Of a DNA stretch of 64,000 nt, positions 56,275-64,000 are shown one piece after another. The notes beneath the pieces were generated by a model. It did no database searches and was not told where the DNA came from. It saw nothing but the letters and a program-made list of their open reading frames with translations. The DNA lies in the NCBI RefSeq assembly GCF_009914755.1, contig NC_060939.1. One strand, given 5' to 3'. This DNA is from the human T2T-CHM13v2.0 reference genome, Homo sapiens. Both the position numbers and the translations under genes were made by a program. The stretch's first letter is position 1, and each line of letters opens with the position of its first letter.

Positions 56275-56560
56275 GTATATTAAGTCAGGATAGTCTGGGT
56301 CCTGCTGCTATAATAAACATCCCCCAAATCTAAAAGCCTTAAAATAACAAAAATGTATATATCGCTCATACAAAATCTATTGTGGGTCCAGGCAGCTTCC
56401 CAGGGCGGTTGGCCTTCATGAGAGATTCAGCAATCCAGGCATTTCTGTTTTGTAGCTCTACTATCTCTACCTGAGGCTTCCAGTTTGCCATGGCAGGACA
56501 GAGCCTCTCATACCTCACTGCTCTCCTGTGGATGCCTAGAGCCCTGTGGCTGTAGAACCC
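56275..56560 (-). mobile_element. Old MLT1 LTR fragment
   Basis: 'attaagtcaggatag..tgctgctataataaacatcccccaaatc..ttaaaataacaaaa'. Confidence 0.65.
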
Positions 56561-57064
56561 AGCAGGGCTTTTGTCCAAGGGTCCTGAGCCATAGGCTTGG
56601 CAGGAGAGAGGGGAGGGATGGGGAGTCTGCTGCTGCCTGCCTGCCTGTCCACTTAAGGCACTTTCTGAGCGCTCGCCTGCCCATCCCATGCCCTGAATTG
56701 CCCTGGGCAGTGGTTGCTCTGATTCAGGACCCCTTGGCTCAGCATCTCAGCTTGATATCAATGCCCACCCAACAGCCCATGGGCTCTACTCCATTTCCCC
56801 TTGTAGCCAGGCAGGTCTGGAAGACTAGTCCGGGCCAGCAGGCTGTGAATGGAGTGACATGTGTCACCTCCAAATGAAACACAGAAGAGTGGGTGTGATT
56901 CTGACATATACCCTAACTCCCTCAGTCTCTAACAACTGCAGTGCTTTATGTGGGCAGGGCGCTTTACAGTTTGCAGAGTGGTTTACAGTTGGCAGGGCAC
57001 TTTCTTCACCCTTATCTCATTTGAGCCTCCCTACAACCCTGTGCAATAAAGATGACTGTATCCT

Positions 57065-57366
<302 letters not shown>

Positions 57367-58474
57367 TCATTTTGCAGCTGTGGCAACTGAGGCTCAGAAA
57401 GGTGAAGGGACCTGCTCCAGTTCACATGGCAACTAAGTAGCAGGAAGCTGACTCCTCACGCTTCCTTGCCTTATTTTCTTCTTTCTCTTCCCCTAGCTTA
57501 CTACCTCCCCCTGCAGCCCTTAACGTACACCCAGGATCCCAAATCGCCATCTAGACTATCCAAACTTCCCAAATATCCCACATAGCCTTTGAGAGTTCTT
57601 AACCTAATGGAGGAAGCACACCCCAGACTCCAGAAGTGTAGGTACCCAGGCTGCATGCAGTGTAGGCACCTCACGGGACGTGGTGGTCAGGCTTTCTTTA
57701 GAGCTCAGCTGAAGCCGAAGGGACGGCAGAGCTGGGTGGATGGTCAGACTTTGGGGACAGGCACTGCCGAGCATCCTGCAGGTTCTCTGCAGCTGCTGCA
57801 GGCTGAGGGCCTCAGCTCTTGGCTAAGACTTCTCACGCAGGCTTAGGCTGAGTGCCGGGGCCAAGGGGGCTTCCTTGTTTGCTTTGTTCTTAAAGGATTT
57901 GCCCATTTGTAGCAGACACCGTGCCCACTTCTAAAGAGAGAGCCCAGAGCAGCGATGAGGAGAGATGCAGCCCCTGAGCCTCAATACCCAGCCAAGCCTG
58001 ACTTTGCTAACACACACAGTAGGCTTTGCTGGCCTCTGTATCTTTGCCTAGGCTGTCCCTTATCATATTTTTCCCTCCCCTCTGCCCAAGGCTCACCTGT
58101 GTACAATCTGCCAGTTCCCCTCCTCACTCCAATCCCCAGCATCACTGTGAGGAATGGGGACAACAAGGACAGGGAGGTCCCCAGGTTCCCCCTGCAGGTG
58201 ACACACTGCTCTTTCAGGAAGTGATATTGTCAGTGAATGTACAAAATCAATACACACAGATTTCAGCACATCCCATGAAGTTCACCTCTCAGCAGATTCT
58301 GAAAAACTGGGTCGAAAGGGAGCCACATCAGGTGTTGTGCTGACCTCTGCCTTTTAAAGGAGGACTTAGGAGGCAAACACCCTCCCCACAGATGAGGGAT
58401 TCAGTGAGGTCCTCTCCAAATGCCTGCTGTGTAGAACAGGCATTTAAAAAGCTGCTGGGCAGTTGTCAATAGCA

Positions 58475-58760
58475 TGGCATAGTGAAAAGGGCTTTTTTTG
58501 TTGTTGTATGTTGTTCAACAAACAGAAGTGGGATTCAATCCCAGCTTTGGCGTTTCCTAGCTGTGTGACCTGGGGCCAGTTACTGAACATCTCTAAGCCT
58601 CGATTTCTTCTACCACTTCCTAGCTAGGCGAGTTACATGTCTTCTCTGAGCCATGGTTTCCTCATCTACAAGATGGGACTGACTCTACCCTCCTCATGAG
58701 CTTGTATTAAGGATCAAATGAAATATGAGCACACACCTACAGCACTGGGAATAATAAACA
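58475..58760 (+). mobile_element. MIR (two overlapping fragments)
   Basis: 'ctagctgtgtgacctgggg..ctctaagcctc', then 'tttcctcatctacaagatggg'. Confidence 0.8.
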
Positions 58761-59116
58761 CGAACTCCCCAGTCTTTATGATGGCCATGAATAACCTGTT
58801 CCATCCCATAAAGAATAACACCTGGTGTCTAGAATAGACACCTTCTTCAGGTCCTTTTATGTCCTTACTGTTTTTAATCCCTTTTTCCCTGGCCCACAAA
58901 CTCCATCCAAACCACCAGTGAAGCTGCTTGAAAAGGTGAGAACAAAAGGGGTTGACAGCAGGCAGGAGGCCCAGTGGGCCTGGGGGAGTCTGGGCCGAGC
59001 GGCTCTTGCAACATGCCAGCCAGGCTGCCTGCTCTACAGGGACGTCCCCCAGGACTGGGGCTGAGAGATGGCTTCTTGGCCTACATGCCCTCCCGTGGGG
59101 CAGAAGCGTGGTCTGA

Positions 59117-59578
<462 letters not shown>

Positions 59579-61149
59579 TAAGCCACCCAATCCTGCACTA
59601 TGTCACCAAGGGGGTGACCCCGCAGGCACCCTTCTCTGGGAGGTTCAAAGGAAAGCAGAAACAGCCATTGGCATGGATTTCAACAAGGGACAGACGGCTT
59701 CTCTCTGCAGCCCAGGGGCTCTGTGGGCTTAGCAGCCATGTGAGCAAGTCTGCTTCTGAACCCAGCCACCCTGACTCCCTGCCCACAAAACACCTCCCCG
59801 ACAGCTCACTGATGACCAAGGGAAGCAACACACACAGAGACATCTTGTGGGCTGGTCTGCAGACGCCAAGTGCCTGGCCTATGCTGGCTGGTAGACTGAA
59901 CCTCCTGCCCACCTTGCCACGCTGGTGGGTGGCAAAAAGGGAGGGAAAGGCCTGGCCCTCTAAGGGTCCCAGATGGGCAAGTGAGTCCACAGGGGCCTAA
60001 CTTGCCCCACAAGTGACATTGTTAAGTTCTAGGCAGCAGAATTGACAGATAAAATCCTAACGCTATCCCCTTGTAGAAATTTCTGGGGCCCTCTGCTCAG
60101 CACTCCACAGGCATTACCCCCTCCAGACCTCAAGGCAGCCTTGGGAAGGGCACGCTTTCTACATTCTCATTTTACAGTTGGGGAAACTGAGGTTAAATGA
60201 CCTTCAGCCCAGCTCTCTCTCCTCTCAGAAGAGACCACCAGGGGTTTGTCCTATAATGAGAGGAAGGGCTGCAGAAGAGAGCTGGGGCCAGAGTGGGCAT
60301 TCTGGGGGAGGCAGCCACAGTGCCCAAATTGCATCCCTCAGCCCCGCAAAGTCACAGCATAAGCTGGAGTCACCCCTGCCTTTGGAACTGGTTAAGTATT
60401 GGCTCCCAGATGGGCTATTATTTCCTGGACTGACTGCAAACCAGGCGAGGATCCACTTATTCTCAGGAGGGTAGGATCTAGTCCCTATTATCTTCCTCAT
60501 CACAGAAAGCCTGTATTCTAGGTTCCAACTCTGGGTTTTAAATTGCATCGTACCTGGGGCTCCTGGGTCAGGAAAAGGGTTGGGGTAGGGGGAGAGGTGA
60601 CAAAGGAGAAAGGCTGGTGTGTTCATAGTTCTAATTTACTGATAGCAATTAGCTTCCTAAAACGGCTGACCTTTCAACCTTCTGCCTGCCTTCACTGGGG
60701 GAACTATTGACATTTAGAATCTATCTGCAGGCCAAGTGCCGCAGTGAGGGAAGCAATGTTTTTTTAATGGGGACTTGCGCCTGTGGAAGCGTTTTCCCCA
60801 CCCCATGCCATTTGCATACTTTACAGGGTATGGGTCGAGCTGCATGTTAACGGGTTTGCTGGCTTTCTGGAAAAGTGAGTGCCAGTGATTATGGGAATTA
60901 TTACATATGTGGTTTCCAGATGCATCTGTTGTTGCATCCTTACACCCTCTCTCTGCTCTGGAAGAAGAGGCAGAAAGAGTGGCAACTGGGATGGGGCCCA
61001 GAGCTTCACTCCCTCAGGATCTAAGCAGGTAAAAGGGTCCTTTTCCCCACCTGCCTTCTGGCCAAGAACCCACCCTTCTCCCAGAGCTGATGGCGACTTC
61101 CAATAGTCACGGCGTCTAGCCCAGCCAGGGCCTCTCTGTCTCTGTAATC

Positions 61150-62000
<851 letters not shown>

Positions 62001-62329
62001 CCAGGGGAGTCCACACATCTTCCCAGCCAGGGCCCACCCTGACCATCAGAAGGGTCACACATAATCCCATATGTGCCAGGGATCAGCCAAGCACTCACCC
62101 TGGGATTGCCGGGCCATTTCAGAGGCTGGCACTGCCCTCTGGGGGTTTAAAGCCTATCTTGGGGCAAGAAGATGCCTGAGTTAAAAGATAATTAGCCTTA
62201 CCTGGCAGCATTTACAGAGAGCTCTTCCCAAGGGAATGACTGAGGGCATCCAGTTCAGAGGAGCATGGCTTAGGCATTTTTCTGTGACAGATATGAGCCC
62301 CAAAGGACAATCATTACAACGAACACTAT

Positions 62330-62480
62330 GCCTCATAGCACTTGACCATACAAAGTGCTTTCACCTCCATTATTTCATGGGAGTCTCACAACAACCCCAC
62401 AAGTTAGGTATTATTATTTTATTATTGTTAGTATTATTCCCTTTTTGCAGATGAAGAAACTGAGGCCTCAGCTGGGGGAG
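62330..62480 (-). mobile_element. MIR
   Basis: 'ctcacaacaaccc..ttttgcagatgaagaaactgaggc'. Confidence 0.8.
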
Positions 62481-64000
62481 CAGAGAGGAAGTACAGGGAG
62501 TCAAGACTGGGAGATGAGTGTTGGCGGGAAGAAGGGTGGACCCTGGAGAGTCCTGGGTCTCATTGCTTCCATTTTCCATGCCAGACAAGCCCATTCAGAC
62601 TAAAGAGGCTGGGATGGGAAGCAGGAAAAAAGCCAAGACTTTCAGGAAGTAGACTCTGAGACCTGGTCCACCCCAGACCTACCAGGTCAAACACCCCCTT
62701 TTCCAACAGAGAAGTCTGTCTCAACTCCATCCAGGGAAGAAAAAGCACAGAGGGAAGACAAGAGTTGGCTTATCCCAAGTCAGCTCTCTCTCAAAGGCTT
62801 CCCCCTGCCCATTCCACCAGATGAGAGCATTCCGCCCAGCCACTTCAGATTTGCCATGCCCCAGAGTTGTTAAATGAAGGTGCTGGTGGCAGCCATCCCA
62901 TCTGCAGGGGCTGGAGCCTTGGGGCATGCTCGGTGGCTCCTTGGCTCTGTGTAGCTTCTGCTCTCACAGCTGACCAGGGCTTAGAACTCAGAGGGGAGGG
63001 AGGGAGGAAATGACTGGGAAGGGCTCACTGGTCGATTTCGGCATCTCTGGCACCTGTTCGTTCAGGTGCTCATTTAGACTCCAGAGAAAGCGAGTGCTGT
63101 GCAGTTTCGTGGAACTTCCTTGGGAACTTGAGCCCACATTTATAATAGATTTATAAGAACAGTGTAGACATGTTTGCTGTTTTTTCAGCCCCTCCTAAGT
63201 GATGCCATTATGGCGGCCATAACTCTTATTTACTCCATCAGCAGGCTGCTGGCAACGGCACAAAAACAGATTTGGAGAATTTATCTCATACATGCATCAT
63301 GAGGAGGCAACAGAGGCGCACAGGTGAGATTTATGTGGGTAGGGGTGAGCATCCATCATCCCCACTTTCCCATTAACGCTGCTCCTCAAAGAGAGGCATT
63401 AGCCTTCTTAATCAGAGCAAAGTAATTGTTTAAACTTCCTCCCTGCAACGGGCTCATCACTCCTCATTGCTCTCCAGGTGGGGCTGTGCTGGGGGTGGGG
63501 GGCAAGGTGTTTGCTTTCAGAGAACAGCAGGATGGATGGTAAATGATGATGGTGAGATGATGGCCCAGCCGTCCTTGTTACTTCCCCTGTTACTCTGGTA
63601 TGGGCCACAGTCAAGGAGCTCCACAGAAGGGATGCCTGGGTGTTTGGGAAGAGGTCTGTTTGTTTTATGACTTGAAAGAGCTCTCAAAAGCACATAGAGG
63701 TTCTTGTCTCCAAATTCACCAGCCTCAATCCTGATCCACATCCTGGGCTGCGCTGTGACTCCATTTCAACTTGAAACGACTTTTCCCCTGTCTATTCCAG
63801 GCCTGCCTGTTCTTCAAAGCCCAGATCAAATCATGCCTCCTTCTCGATGCTTTCCCCAACTGCTAGCAGAGAGGGCTAGGAGAAGCTACTCTAAGCCGAG
63901 AGAAAGATGATAATGGGCCAACTCCCGAAACTACCATCATCCAGGCCTCCCCTCAGTGGCTGTGAGGCTGCACTAGGGGGCTTCTAGGAACCTTCTGAGG

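Overview
This is primate genomic DNA, most likely human (AluJ, AluS and AluY are all present). It is CpG-depleted with moderate GC. I find no credible protein-coding exon, RNA gene, CpG-island promoter or prokaryotic system. The longer ORFs in the track are Alu, LTR or simple-repeat read-throughs, and the rest have no recognisable protein similarity. The window reads as intergenic or deep-intronic sequence. It is dense in repeats: about 23 Alus, many MIR and L2 fragments, hAT-type MITEs (MER5, MER20, MER30, MER58A, MER63A, MER1B, Charlie4z, Charlie18a-like), ERVL/MaLR LTRs, and one two-LTR MST MaLR element (43186-46542) inserted in a MIR and carrying nested insertions. Between the repeats lie about a dozen repeat-free AT-rich islands packed with homeodomain, ONECUT, POU, E-box, TCF and RBPJ motifs and short palindromes. 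I infer these are conserved non-coding enhancers of a developmental-gene regulatory landscape. A perfect CpG-rich 3x34-bp minisatellite (51171-51272) also stands out. I cannot name the locus and see no evidence of a novel biological system. Repeat family names come from recalled consensus sequences, and boundaries are approximate.
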